Positions 51,501 through 64,000 of a DNA stretch of 64,000 nucleotides are shown in pieces (position 1 is the first letter of the stretch; each line of letters starts with the position of its first letter). Where the stretch lies: the NCBI GenBank assembly GCA_030704615.1, contig CM060731.1:29388001-29452000 (forward strand), written 5' to 3'. The translations under genes and the position numbers were made by a program. Origin of the DNA: Takakia lepidozioides. Lineage: Eukaryota; Plantae; Bryophyta. The notes under the pieces are model-generated. The model did not search any database and was not told where the DNA came from. It saw only the letters and a program-made list of their open reading frames with translations.

Positions 51501-54500
51501 TCCAGCCCATCTCCTTCACTTCACTCTCTGGCCCTCTCTTGCTCTCTCCAATGAAATTGATGCTGTGGTACACTGGTTTCTGGAGGCATTTGGGAGGCAA
51601 CAATCGATATAATATACCAAATTGAGCTCACTGTTGTTGTATTCTTCAGGGGTCATACTGACCCTTATTATGCTCTCTTCTCCTCCCCATTCCGCTATCT
51701 CCTACCCTCTGGACAGGGTCTATGGCCATTTGGTTATGGCAAGCTCAGATTGTGTGTCTCCCTTTGTATTGGCAGCTCCCAGGTGTTTCCCATTTGTGGA
51801 AGTTTAACCAGGGGCCAATGGCATTGCCTCCAGTGTCAAGAAAACCTGACTATGCTGAGATGTGTATGGACCTTACATCCGTTGGTCGAGGTTCACTTGC
51901 TAGCCACAAGCATGCTATTGGACAAAAATGGTTTTGGGAAAGGATTCATTCTAAAACTGTTGTATGAGGTAGTGGAGATGTGGTGTGTATGATACATTAC
52001 TTCGAGCAAGTAGCCCTAAATAATTTGCGCATTTGTAAGAATCATGAAAGTTACAAATGAGCTGGCTGTGAATGTTTATTGCTAATTTTGCAGGAGAAAA
52101 TATGGGCACCAACCCAGGAGTTGCTGGAAAGACTCCCTTACGCAGGCGGGTGGGGTGGCGGGCAAATGAGCGTGAGTCCTTGCGACGAGGTTTGATGATG
52201 TTTGGGTTGGGTCGGTCAGAGAAAGTCCGAAGTATCATGCGTTCAATGCTGAAGCTTTCCCGCCATGGGCTAGGAGACATAGCTGACTGCTGCTGGGAAT
52301 TTGTACGCTGCTGTGGGGACCTCGCTGAGCCCAAAGAGAAAGCCTATGCAGAGGGTTGCTTGCAAATTGCAAAGGAACAGGGTATTGAGTTGGGTAAGCA
52401 ACTTTGGTTACTAATACTGGAGCTGGTTGTAGGTGATCTGGTATATAAAAGTTGTAAATAAATCACAAGTGCTTTCTGTGAACAGGGATGGTTGCATGTG
52501 ATAAGCCAGATGTTTGCACTTAAATCTGTGAGCTGGATAACCTGCTTTAACCAAGCCACAGAATCTCTCAGTCTGTTGTCCGGGTTGTATTCTTGCAGGC
52601 CCGGAAGTAAGTGAGCAGGTGGGACAGTGGGAAAAGATAGAGAAGAATGCCTCCGTCTGGCTGAAGCGGCTCAAGCTCTTGGATACTCTTGGTGATGCGG
52701 TCAGGATCTGTGCAAGCAAGGAGAGCCGTGATACCGCATATAGAGCTATTGATCTGCTCAGGGATGCTAGTGTTCCTACTGACTGGTGGGGGCGGGAGAG
52801 CGACCTGGCATTGCTTGCTGGAGTCTACAAGCACGGGTTTGGCAACTATGAAGGCCTGCGTAAAGATGAACAGTTTGCAGAGGCCTTCAACCCAGCAACT
52901 GCTCGATCCGTAAGTCTTTGTGATTACTTGCAGTTGGCACTAGAGGAAGCTTTTCTGTTTACAACTAGCTAAGTAATGGCTAATGTACACTGTGGATGTC
53001 ATGGGCTGTTGGACACCTATGGTAGTTTGATACCGAGTCACTCAAACTGCAGGGTACAGTCTTGCAGGGTTTATCACCCCACAGCTATGGGATCTGAAGC
53101 TCAAAGAAATTCACCCAGGAGCACATCCTCATATCAATCTGCTGTTTTTTGTCAAGTTGAATTAAGCTATTTGGACTTGGTATTGCTGACCATCAGATGC
53201 CCATGTTGGGTTGCCAGAATCAGGGGGATTAACTATGGTCATGCTTCACAAAACTTCGACGTGTGGGTTTGTATTGTTTGTGAGTAGTGGATCACACAGA
53301 GGAATAAATGATTATAAGAATCGTGGTGAAAGCAAATAAGGAGGAGGTAAACCTTTGAAGTGGATTGCTTAGGCTGAGCTTGACAGTGGGGTGGGTTGTT
53401 TCAAGGCTGAAGAACTGATTGAGGCAGAGGAGGAAGGTCCACATCCTCCGAGCAGGTTTTCCTCTTACACAGACACACACACCATCCCTTATTTCCCTAA
53501 GACTCTCATGCACCTCCACTAGCCAATCCATGTTACATTTTGTGTGTAGGCTAGCTAGTGTAATGCTCAATCTAACTGGGAGCCCATCGAGAGAGCTATA
53601 GATGTTTCATAGATTTCGTTACCAAGTTATATCCTGCAGGGTCATTGACCGTAGCACTGCAGCATCTGTGAAATGAAGTATTGAGGGCATTCAAGGTGTC
53701 CTGACCCCAATCTCATGTTCTCTCTCTTTCTCTTTGTGGGCCAATGTATTTTCTGCTGTCCAAAGAGTATACCTTGTACGCAGTGCTATCTTGGACTGTG
53801 TGATATACCTCCATATGATTGATTGCATTCTGAATTAGGTAAAGCAGAGTTTTGCACTTGGTGACAGTAGCTGTCTCACACGTATTTAAACTTTGCTGAG
53901 TTATTTTGTGGGTTTTGTCATGGTGCAGGGATGGAGCAGTTGAGTGGCCCGAGGCCAATACTCTAACACGCAGGCTGAAGCGCGTGGTGGAACATGTTAG
54001 TCGAGTGGGTCAGCAGGTATACTCTCCCTTGCCCTTATTTTGTGGCTGCATCTATGTATTGTTCAGTGCACAGTTTGGTTAAGACAAGCAGCAAATGAAT
54101 GCTGGTGGACAATCTCAAGTTTTTCACAGCTCATGCCTCATCACATGTGTCAAGCAGGCAGTGTTTCGTAATATTGAGCTCCACACCTCCTATTACAGTA
54201 TTGTAGAGTGTCTCAGGGGATAGGTAACTACTGTGCCCCTACAGCCAGTTCATGTATGTACCAATCAGGAAAACACAGTCCAGAATTCCAATGTGTTCTG
54301 CAGTCCACTCTGATTGAACTGAATTATTCTACTGCAAACACCTGATGTTGTAGAATATCTGCTAATGGTCTCTCCAACTTGGAGGAAATCTTCTTGGTGA
54401 CTTCCAGTGGCAAGGATGGGGTAATGCTGGATTGAGCTAAAAACGTTAGTCTGAAAGAGTAGTTCTGTATACTCAAATCTGTGATTGGGGAGAATTTGCT

Positions 54501-57500
54501 TGTAGAACAGAAATGGATGGTATAATGGTCCCGTTGACAAGGACAACTGTGACTGAGCCAGCCACCTACACATGTTGGTATGTGTATTTCATCCGATGTG
54601 GGGGTTTAATATGGAATATGTGTATTGCAGGTGGGCAAGAAACTAAAGGTGGTTGATATGACACCACGGGCTCGGTCCATGAAATGGAGCAAGAGAGACA
54701 AGCTAGAGTTTCTGAGAAACCTGATGCGATGGGGCCTCCCACTGGTATGTTTGCACCCTTCTTTCCACTCTACCCCTCATGCCAGCCACCTGACAGCAAG
54801 CTCATTACTTACCATAAACAGACAGAAGCTTAGTACTTCTTGAAGAACCCTCTATGGGGATGGGGTCGATGGCTGTTGGAGAAGAGATACGTCTTTGTCC
54901 AATGGGTTGCATGAATGAACCCACACTGGAGGCTGGCAGTAGTTCAGAGTTGGCAAAGCCACTCCTGGATTAAGTTATCATTAAATGTGTACATGTTTCC
55001 TTTCTAAACCAATTGGTCATTTTTGTGTTGTCAGACTCAAGGACGAGGGAAAGTCCGATGGCAAGCCTTGACTGAGCGCTCAAATTTCCCATCAGTGAAG
55101 AAGAGAAGTGAGGCAAGCGTGGAGTCCTGCTACCGTGATGTATATAGAGAGATGAAGGAGCTAGTCGGTGGTCCAGATGTGCCACTGGAGACGGTGAGTG
55201 TAAAACCTAATGCCGAGGTAATTTAAGAGCTACCTCTTGTACCGAACCTTTTGTCCGTTGCACGGCTTTCCTTCTGACCACATTGCCTGCAATTTGATAA
55301 TGGTTCACTATTTAGTGCCGTACTTTTCTTAGGAAGAGATGAGAAAACTCTCTAGATTCCCCGTGCGAACTCTGGTCACTGTAAATTTGGGCACACCCAG
55401 TTCAGGCCAAGTCAAACATGGACTTCTTGAAATTTGTGGTGATCAAAGGGTGCACTTTCCCAAATGGGTGTGATAGGTTCTGCACTTGCCCTGGACTTTC
55501 AGGATCCTCCACCCCAGGTGGGACAACTGAACTTTTTTTCATCTTCTAAATTCAAGAACCTGATTAATAACTTCAGTTGATTCCTCCTTCTCTGGCCTCA
55601 TACAGAAAAAGAAGAAGCCCGTGTCAAAAAAGGGCCCTGTCAATGTGTTTGAACAGTCAGCATTCAACACTAATGTGTCTCAAGAACCAGTTGGACCTCC
55701 CATCCTCAATGATACAAATGCAGTAAGTTCCTTTCTCTGGCCTATGAGCATGTGTTTGTATTAGATCCACGTCCACTGTTAGGAACCAATGGGGTGACTG
55801 GGGAGTTGCAGCAACTTGTCAATACTATGCTGCTAGTCTTGAAAATGTTTTGTGACCATTTTAAGGTTGCCCAATCTGAAAGGGTGTATCACATTGTCTT
55901 TAACTTCTAATACCTTGATTCAGAGATCTGGAACTTCCATCAATAAGACTGCGTCAATGCATGCACACACATTGTACTGTTGTCAAATTGTATCGTGTAA
56001 GTTGGCAGGCCAGGTTGAAAGAGAGGTTGGAGCTGCTGGACACATTGCGGCAGGTGCTTGACTGTGTGCTAGATGAGGAATGGAATACACTAGCATTACA
56101 CCACGGTCATGATATGCCGTCCTGGTGGCAAGCTGGGGTCCATGACCACGCGCTCATTAAGGTGCCCCATCTGTGTAACTGCAGTTTCTCCAATCTGTTC
56201 AGCAGGTTTGCCTGACTCATAATCTGGAGTGAAGCCAATTTCCTACCTACCCACATTCTCTTTCTTAATACTACCTCTGTAAACAGGATACAGTTCAAAC
56301 TTACACAGTACTGGCTACAATGCTGGCAACTTCTTCTGGCTACCACCAGGAAGAGTAGGCATTTTGAGGGAAATTAACAATGGTGAGTGCTAAGACCAAA
56401 TCCAAAGATCTAATCATTTTAACTTCTGTTCGTCTTGGCCATAAATGCAGGGGGTGCTAAAGCATGGGTTTGGATGTTGGGACGACATTTTTGGAGATAG
56501 TAGCCTGGGGTTTCCTGAGGCAATTGGTAAGTTTCACCTGCAACTATTTTTAGGCCAGCAAGGTGAGTGTACTTTCCCTAGAGGTTCTCACAGCTAGACC
56601 CACCACTGCCCTCCCCCTTTCTCTGCCTCCTCTCCCTCTTTGTTTGTCAAGCAAAGGAGGAAGGCAAGACCTCAATTTGAACTTTAGTAAGAATTTTCAC
56701 TTGACACCCCAGCACAAGCCAAAGAGTACATGTCAGAAAGGAAACAAAAGATACCCAAAGCCCTCCTAAGCCCTCAAGTAAACGGGAAACTTATTTAGAA
56801 GCACTATCCACCACCCCCATCATCTAGGCAGGTCAAGCTTCCACATGGAACTTGAAGCACATGTCACCCTCCAGAAACAAACCAGAAACATACCCGCAAT
56901 AGAAATTCTCTCTTTTAGTTCTCTCCCGTCCTCTCTAAGAGCGAGCTCTTTCTTCTTTTTCTTCTTTCATGCTTAAAAGAGAGTAAGCAGTACAGACAAC
57001 TTGAAATAGAATTGGTGTGCTGTAGCTCATGAAATCCTGCAGGCTCCTGCTCGGTTTCGGGGGTCCTTCAGAGCAGGTGGAAAACCACCATAGCCCATAT
57101 CAATCCTGTGGTTTGACAGGTGCAAGTGACATCAATGGAGGAGCTATTCCATCCTTGAAACCACCCCCCAAAGCATGTTTGAAGAGGGTCAAGTTTATAG
57201 GCAATATCCTACGGCGTCAGCTGCGAAAGCAAAAGGTATGCTGTCATCTTGTGCTTGTGGATCTGAGTTTGTAGGTCTTATTTTGATCTAAACGTGTGCA
57301 TCAGCTTTCTTGCATTGATGGCCTCTTAGCATCTGCAATGGTGAAGGACAGATTGTCAACTGGTTAGCTTTGTTCCAGGTAGGTTCTGGATGCTGAAATT
57401 TCAAACTGGGTTGATTGGAAAAGAATGACCTCCACTTTTCCACCAGCGATCCAGAGCTCATTGGTTGGCTGTTTGAACGGTTCACATGCTACAATATCCA

Positions 57501-60500
57501 ACCCTTTCAGCTCCATCATCACCCTCTAACCATGCCAAAGTCTGGGTCATTTGCTCTGTTGTCTGACAATTTGAAGATTTGGGGTTGTGCACCCAGTTCA
57601 GGGTCACCAACCCCAAGCTACCTGCCCTGATCAAATGAGAGGCCGTGCTGCTAGCCTTTTCCAGTTAATGTACAAACCAGGTATTGGGGATCACATTTGA
57701 GGACAACATTTGCTCTGTGCTGAGGCCTGCATCAATTAAGTAGCAAATTCCCCCTCATGGCATCACCAACTACACAGAAGTCCCTTTTTTGGTCACCATT
57801 TCAGGATCTGAGAACAACCAAAGTGGGAAAAGAAGTGGCATAGTGGCAATCACAGCCAGTTGCCTACCTTGTGAGACATAACTTAGTCTACCCAGCTGCA
57901 ATGTTTCCTACATTTCAGCTAGGTAACAGTGATCATTTTGATCTCTATTCATGATGTCAAGATTGATGCAGGTGGTGCAACCACGACGTAAACGGCCAGC
58001 ATCTGATGGGAAAGAAGGAAAGGATGCCAAGGAACTAAAGCGTTCCAAGCATGTTCGAGCTGTTGAGGTTGCAAGGGATGCAGAAAGCAAGCCCATCCTT
58101 CCGATTACCCTGTCGGACCGTCTCTCCCTACTGGATCTGGTAAGTGCAAGCAGTGGGTGAGTCATTACTGGTTTCATTATGGTTGATATTCCCATGGTAA
58201 ATATCTTTGAGTAATCAACCTTGGCTACATCTCAACATTCCAGCATGTTTACTGGGAAATTATACAATGTAAACATATCAACACTTTGCATCTCACTTCC
58301 ACCTACTTGATTGGCTGTCTTTCTTTCCCCTCCACATGTAATCTCTGGTATCATACAATGACAAAATGCTGGTCTCAGCGAGGTATTCGGTATTGGATCA
58401 TATGTCAAGTGGTAGCTGGAAGGTGTGACAGCTAGCTTTTGGATCGGCCATGGTGCTAATGCTTCGTTATTTGCAATAGTTTGAAGGGCCTTAGGGATGA
58501 CTTGTCATGATAGTGAAGGTTTTTGTGCTACTGCCAAGGGACATTGTTGTGAAGTCTACAACATAATTCTTCAAGTGCATGTGTTGATGTGGGGATAACA
58601 GGGAACGGTGGAGCCAGATCGGCCAGGGTTTCACACTGAACGTCATATTTTCCCAGTTGATTTTACAACTGTGCGTGATCATGCTAGCATGGTGGATCCT
58701 AATGAGCAGACTCAATATACGTGCACAATTGTCGATGGGGGTGGTCCTGGGCCACTCTTTCGTGTTACTCCAGATGATGCCCCTGAAATGCAAGTTGAGA
58801 AAGATTCAGCCTCAGGTGCCTGGGTAGTAGTTTGCGCTGCTGTCAATAGAGTGCGAGGCATCGATCGTGAGAAGGTGCCTGTCTCTCCTGTGCATTGTTA
58901 CTTCCAGTACTTGTAACTTGTTTCTGTCACCAGTAGACCTCTCCTTTTGACCTGTGGAGGCTAAAATTTAATGTGAATAAACATGCAGTGGTGGCTTTCA
59001 ATAACCAGGTGGGGATCTCAAATGGAGATGGGGTAAGGAAGAGACCCCTTCCTCCTACACATACCTTGGTGTGGATTTTTCCTCCACTTGCAACTGGGAT
59101 GCGCTTATACAAAAAGTGATTCAATCAGCTAAAAGCAAAGCTTTGGGTCTCACTAAATTTTTCCACTGCAGAGGGATTAACTCTGAAGTTAAAAGGGCCA
59201 TGCATTGCAAGGTTCTTAGGCCTGCTTTGAAGTACACATCTGCCATGTGGGTTGACAACTCCAACCATGTTAACTCTGAATCCATTCAGGTTGGGGTGGT
59301 CAAAGAGATCATGTCAGCGTGGTCTACAACGAGGTTGTTCAGGGCGTGGTTGCTGAATTTGACTTGGAGGCTGTCTAAAGCCATGTCGGTTGCTCAATGA
59401 CTGTCAGATGAAAATGAAGTCAGGCATAAAACTTCACTGAAGTTGTTCCCAATCTGTGACGTGGGTGAGGTTCTCAAGGATGATTTGAAGGGCCTATCTA
59501 CCCTCAGCACTAGATTGAAAATAAAACTCACGGCAAGGGGCCTACCTTTGAACAACTAACAGATGATGAGTGGAGAGGGAGATTGTAAGCACCCGATGTG
59601 TGGGCAGACTGAAGACAATATCCACTCTCTCATACATTGTCCGGGGTTTTCTCACCAGATAGCGACCCTCTTCATCTCCGTCAAGGACATTGTGCTAACT
59701 TTGAAATTCTCGAGGCTGAAACTAAAGCCCCGGCCCTGCCTGTTGGTGTCTACTTGCTGGGCAACTTACACACAGCAGAATTGATGCTTGTGTGAAGGGC
59801 TTTCTAGAGGATATCTGGAAAGCCCGAAAGTAGTGTCTGTTCCCTCTTGTTCTGCCCGCACTGGGCGCAGGTCTAGTATGAGTACAAGGCTAGTATGAGT
59901 ACATTCTCTCTCTACTAGAGGAGATTATGAATTACTTGAATGTTATTCGCAGAACTAGACTGCAATTTAAACTCGGGGCGGGGAGTCTTCCTGTGAACTA
60001 AAACAGATGCACAGAGGAAGGGGAGATATTAAAGGCCCAATGTACAGGGGGCCTGAAGACAATATCCATTTTCTGATACAATGTTCGGGGTATGACCATC
60101 AGAGAGCAACCCTCTTGAGGACCATGAAGACCACAGTACATGCACCTCTGTTCACCAACCTTCAAAATCTCGAGGCTGAGCATAAAGGCCTGGCCCTGTT
60201 GGGGTTTAACTGCTTGATCCTCACAGCAGAATGATGGTTGTGTGAAGGGCTTTTCAGACGAAATCTGGAAAGCCTGAACAGATTGTAGGTAAGTCCCTGT
60301 GCCCAGTTTGGGTGGGAGCAAGAGGGAACAGACACTACCTTTGTGAGGGGCTCACTCTAGTCGTGGGACTATGGCCACAAGTCTATGGCAAACAACGTAT
60401 AATGAGTACATTTTCTGTATGCATATCTGAAGTTTCCACATAACTGGTCCTACCATACCCAGGAGGACAATGGTGTAGAGCTCTATCCTTTGTATACTGG

Positions 60501-61058
60501 CAAAGCATTACACTTGACTGGAACATCCCTCTGTTACAACGTTATACTGGTGTCACATCCATTAGATAGTAGTTGCCTTGTGAAAATCTTTGTTAACCCT
60601 TCTCTGTTGTGTTGCAGGTGACAGTGAGTGGCACAGAGATGTTTGGGCTGTCCCATCCAGAGGTGTGTCGCTTGATCCAGGAGTTACCTGGAGCAGACCT
60701 TTGCAGGAATTTCCGACCTGAACTTTCTTTCTCTCGCTTTGGCCCACAAGCATTGACCAGAGTCATGGGTGAAGATGCAAGTCCTGTGATGCCTCCAGAC
60801 AGCCCTCCAGGTGGAGATGGAGAAAGAGAGTTGGGGCTCTCTGTGGATTTAGAAATGGACGAAGCTGGAAGCGGGAGAGATGACATACCTTTAGCACAGT
60901 GGCATGTCAGACCTCGGGAGGGTAGGGACACAAAGGGAAAGGATGTAGTGCACACTAACACAATGTCCTTCCAGCATCTGCCAGGTACGGCTGTTGATCT
61001 CACGTCAGACGAGGATGAAGATGAATCCGAAGGAGACAGTACAGAGGACGATGAATAG
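48553..61058 (+). CDS. CHD6-9/Kismet-like C-terminal (SANT/SLIDE-like) region fused to FYRN-FYRC; no chromodomain or SNF2 ATPase (~940 aa)
   Basis: Phase-consistent exons: 48553-48664, 48785-48997, 50077-50183, [51717-51732/51738 inferred], 52094-52393, 52599-52909, 53406-53455, 53929-54016, 54631-54744, 55035-55193, 55606-55722, 56009-56161, 56451-56526, 57120-57235, 57972-58139, 58602-58874, 60618-61058. CHD-like motifs: WWGRESDLALLAGVYKHGFGNYE, WPEANTLTRRLKRVV, PSWWQAGVHDHALIKGVLKHGFG. FYRN: GFHTERHIFPVDF. FYRC: SGTEMFGLSHPEVCRLIQELPGA. Confidence 0.85.
50466..51205 (-). mobile_element. 5'-truncated LINE (ORF2 C-terminal zinc-knuckle region plus 3' end), antisense in an intron
   Basis: ORF 50530-51204 has KFKLRAGSLPL...CPLCGQSEDSIHFLIHC (the CCHC motif found downstream of non-LTR RT). 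The 3' end carries a 60-bp tandem duplication (50508-50567, 50568-50627) and a hairpin (50466-50505). Confidence 0.85.
58960..60427 (+). mobile_element. Decayed LINE fragments (two partial copies of the same family as 50466-51205), sense in the last intron
   Basis: 59400-59870 aligns by eye with the reverse complement of 50630-51165. Zinc-knuckle remnants CGQTEDNIHSLIHC and EDNIHFLIQC are present, as is the family 3' tail at 60372-60425; multiple stops and frameshifts. Confidence 0.8.
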
Positions 61059-62989
61059 GGTAGCAATAGGGTAGCAAGTTGTGATCAGGGGGATTTGCGT
61101 CATGCTACAACTGATTATCTTTTGAACAGAACACTGCTCCAGACCTTTTAGAGGAAGGGAAATTAGGAGATTTGTAGCCATGTCCTTGTAGTGGGTGCAA
61201 AAGGGAATCTGCATCATGGTACATCCGATTCTTCAGCTCATTCAGAATAGAACACCTCATTCAAACCCTTAGTGGAAGGAGAAATTAGGTGCAGCTTTGG
61301 TTTGCCATCGCACTGAAGGTCTCTATTGGAGGACAGACTTTGCAAGAAGCAGCTACCTTCCGACAGCTGGCAGATCCGAGTATCTACAAGAGGACCCTCA
61401 ACAAAAAAGACATGCACAGTGGTGAGAAACCCTTATGAGGTGGTCCGAATGAAGTTCAGGTAGATCCAAGACTATTGATCACCAGAGCATGCAAGCCTTA
61501 AACCATAAGACGGTCCAGTGAGAGAATTTGGTACATGCTGCAGAGGGACTACATACTCAGAGGCACCAATCCTGCACGTTTTCCCATACACCATTGGCTC
61601 GCAGATTTTTGAGAAGTGCAGTGTTTAGGACAAGAATACACTACTTGGTTTGTGGTGTTTGAGAATGGATTTCATCTTGGAAAGTTGAATCAAAAGCTGC
61701 AAACTCTTTCTTTCTCTCCCTCAGAACATGATATGAGTTATGAGGTGCTTTCCTTTGCAATCGTCTTCCCCTCTTGGTCGGTGTTGCGATACAGGTAATC
61801 ACAGGTAAATGCAGGAAATCACAGTTTTCAAGGGTTAAATTGGGAACTCCTCCTTTTCGTCATCCCCCAACACCTTGTCCAACATCTCTGCAGTCTGATG
61901 CGACACTGTGTGCGCCATCTGCCCCAGAAAAAATCCAATCTGCCAAAACAGCAAGCAGCCAATTTGAGCTGTATCCAAGAGACATGTTCTTTGAATCAAG
62001 CTCATTTGTCTCCCTACTACAGAGTTCAATCCTGGTTATTCCATAAGTTCCATCTGCTCATGGGTACAGAGTTTGTTCTTGATCTGATAAAGGTACTCAA
62101 CTCCATGTCTGACGGTGTCAATCCTCTTGTAGAGACCGTTTTAAGTCTATGAGCAATCTCCATACAAACATCCGCAGAACCCCAGAGCTTTTTTTTGCAA
62201 GATTGGCCACCTCGATCACAGACCCAAGGGCAGGAGCTCTTGGTTTCTTTGCCTTCGCCATGATCCTGCATCTACTACTCCTACTACTCTGCCAATCTTC
62301 ACAAACGATGCACCTAGAAAGTCGCTATAGGATCCAGGCTCGGAATTGTCTTCTGCTCAATTCAGAATAAATGTATGTACTCTGGGCAACGAGTAGGGCA
62401 TGAAAGTAGGTGTGCAAGGTCTTCCCTGGAGTTTGCAAGGTAATTGAGAGGGTTCAGACTTTGGCTCCTCAGCTGCTCCCTGGTCGTTGTCACAGACCAC
62501 TCCAAATCTCCAAAGTTCAATTTCCAGAGAGATAGGAGGAATGTGAGCTGCTTCTGGACATAGCCTGTGCGTGGACTCTGGCTCTGAATCGATCTGCAGA
62601 GAGGCATGTCATTACGGGTGCTAAGTATGACTGTGTAGAGGGGACTGCCTGCCATCTTTGGATGCCCTGGAACAAAGTTTAACTGTGCCATGTGCTGCGT
62701 TTGGGATAAAGGGATTTTGCAAGAATGAGGAGAGGCACTATCGTACTGCAATTCATGGTTTAGGTGCAGCATTCTGCCGTGCTCATGCTGGGGTCGTAGA
62801 TAGCTCGTTGTCTGAATATAGGATTTTGCAGGGTTTAAGGCATCATAGAGAGCGTCTAGGAAGGTCACCGCCTGTCTGGGATATCAGAGCAGCAAAAGGA
62901 TCATTGCAATTCAAATGTGGGAATTGGAATATTGGGCCGAGATGAGATGGATACTTGGAAAAGTAAGGGATGATTGGATTCAACAGGGA

Positions 62990-64000
62990 TTCGTGTAGGA
63001 CTTTTGAAAGGGTTTCGATTCAGTCCCTCGAGCCCTTCTTCTGGACAGATTACATAGGATAGGGGCCCTCCAGAGATCATAAGGGCCATCAGGAGACTGT
63101 CATTGGCATGTTCAAGGTTGCAGGGTAAGTTCTCAGCAGAGGTGCTCAGCAGTATTGGGGTCAAACAGGGCTGCCCTCTCTCCCACCTCTATTTGGAATT
63201 TGGGAGGAAAAAATGCGAAGAATAATGGAGTGGGGGTGACTTTGGATGGGGGGACCAACACAATCAGTACTTCTCAACACCAATGATGCTGTTTTTACTG
63301 CCACAACCTCCTGTCTTCCTACAATGACGCCTTCACATCCTAGAAGACCTTCCCAAAGAGTATGGGTTACAGGTCAACCTCAGCAAAGGCAAAATGGTTT
63401 TCAAGGGCCATGCTGATCGGAGATTCCTCTTCAACCAGCAAGAGATTGAGGTTGTGAAATCATACCCATACCTGACTCTGATTATCCACTCATCCAAATT
63501 TCAGTGTCCATCAACAGCTATGGACAGATTAACGAAGTTTTAAAACGTGGGTTTCAAGAGCTCCTGGTATGCTCGGGTCTCCAACATTTTAGAGCGCAAC
63601 AGGCTCCCGTTGCTTCCCTACTGCCACAAAATACGGACGGAGTGGAAATTCCACCCGGTACATAAACTGGCGACACCATAAGAATCAAGAGTCAAAGGTC
63701 CAAACTCACGTGAAATTCGAACCGCTCTACAGTACCACCATAGATACATCAGACGAGAACTTAGGGAACTTCACGTCAGGCAGTCATGGAAACCAGCCAA
63801 CTCTTACAGCAAAACTCCAGTTCTAACGAGAGACATTCTTGGTCCTCCGTGCCGATAGAAGTTTGCACCCCATTACCTGTCTCCAGCTCTATCTCTCTCT
63901 CTTCTGAGGGCATTAGGGAGGTTTAAGATGGCCTCCCACACTTTGCGGATAGAAACTGGTAGGTGGAACAACCTGCAACACATGACCGCCTATGCCCCGC
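62990..64000 (+). mobile_element. Decayed, 5'-truncated non-LTR retrotransposon reverse-transcriptase region (runs off the window)
   Basis: Frame-broken RT motifs DF*KGFDSVPR (~63000), IGVKQGCPLS (~63155-63185) and YGLQVNLSKGKMVF, plus C-terminal RFKMASHTLRIETGRW near 63920-63966. Confidence 0.85.

Noticed and set aside
62026-62945. Several 70-170 aa ORFs next to the terminal LINE (possible endonuclease or ORF1)
   Set aside because: No APE endonuclease or gag-like motif could be identified; recognisable RT homology starts only near 62990.

Overview
Gene-dense, intron-containing eukaryotic nuclear DNA, most consistent with a land plant and probably a non-flowering one (inferred from gene content and protein sequences). 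All gene models were spliced by hand from GT-AG signals and reading-frame continuity. In order: plastid MraY homolog (-), class II PTEN-FH1-FH2 formin (+), polyprenol reductase (-), an intron-retaining decayed partial copy of the formin, an ankyrin/NFKBIL1-like gene (+), an APC15-like gene whose upstream frame has stop codons (-) head-to-head with SF3B3/SAP130 (+), two small conserved plant proteins, and a ~17-exon gene (+). That last gene encodes the post-ATPase C-terminal region of CHD6-9/Kismet-type remodelers fused to FYRN-FYRC, with no chromodomain or SNF2 ATPase visible. Just upstream of it is an ~850-nt non-coding segment packed with hairpins whose G-U pairs favour a + strand RNA. Several decayed LINE fragments and two families of short retroposon 3'-tail repeats lie mostly in introns. 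The most novel candidates are the ATPase-less CHD7-like/FYR gene and the upstream structured RNA.
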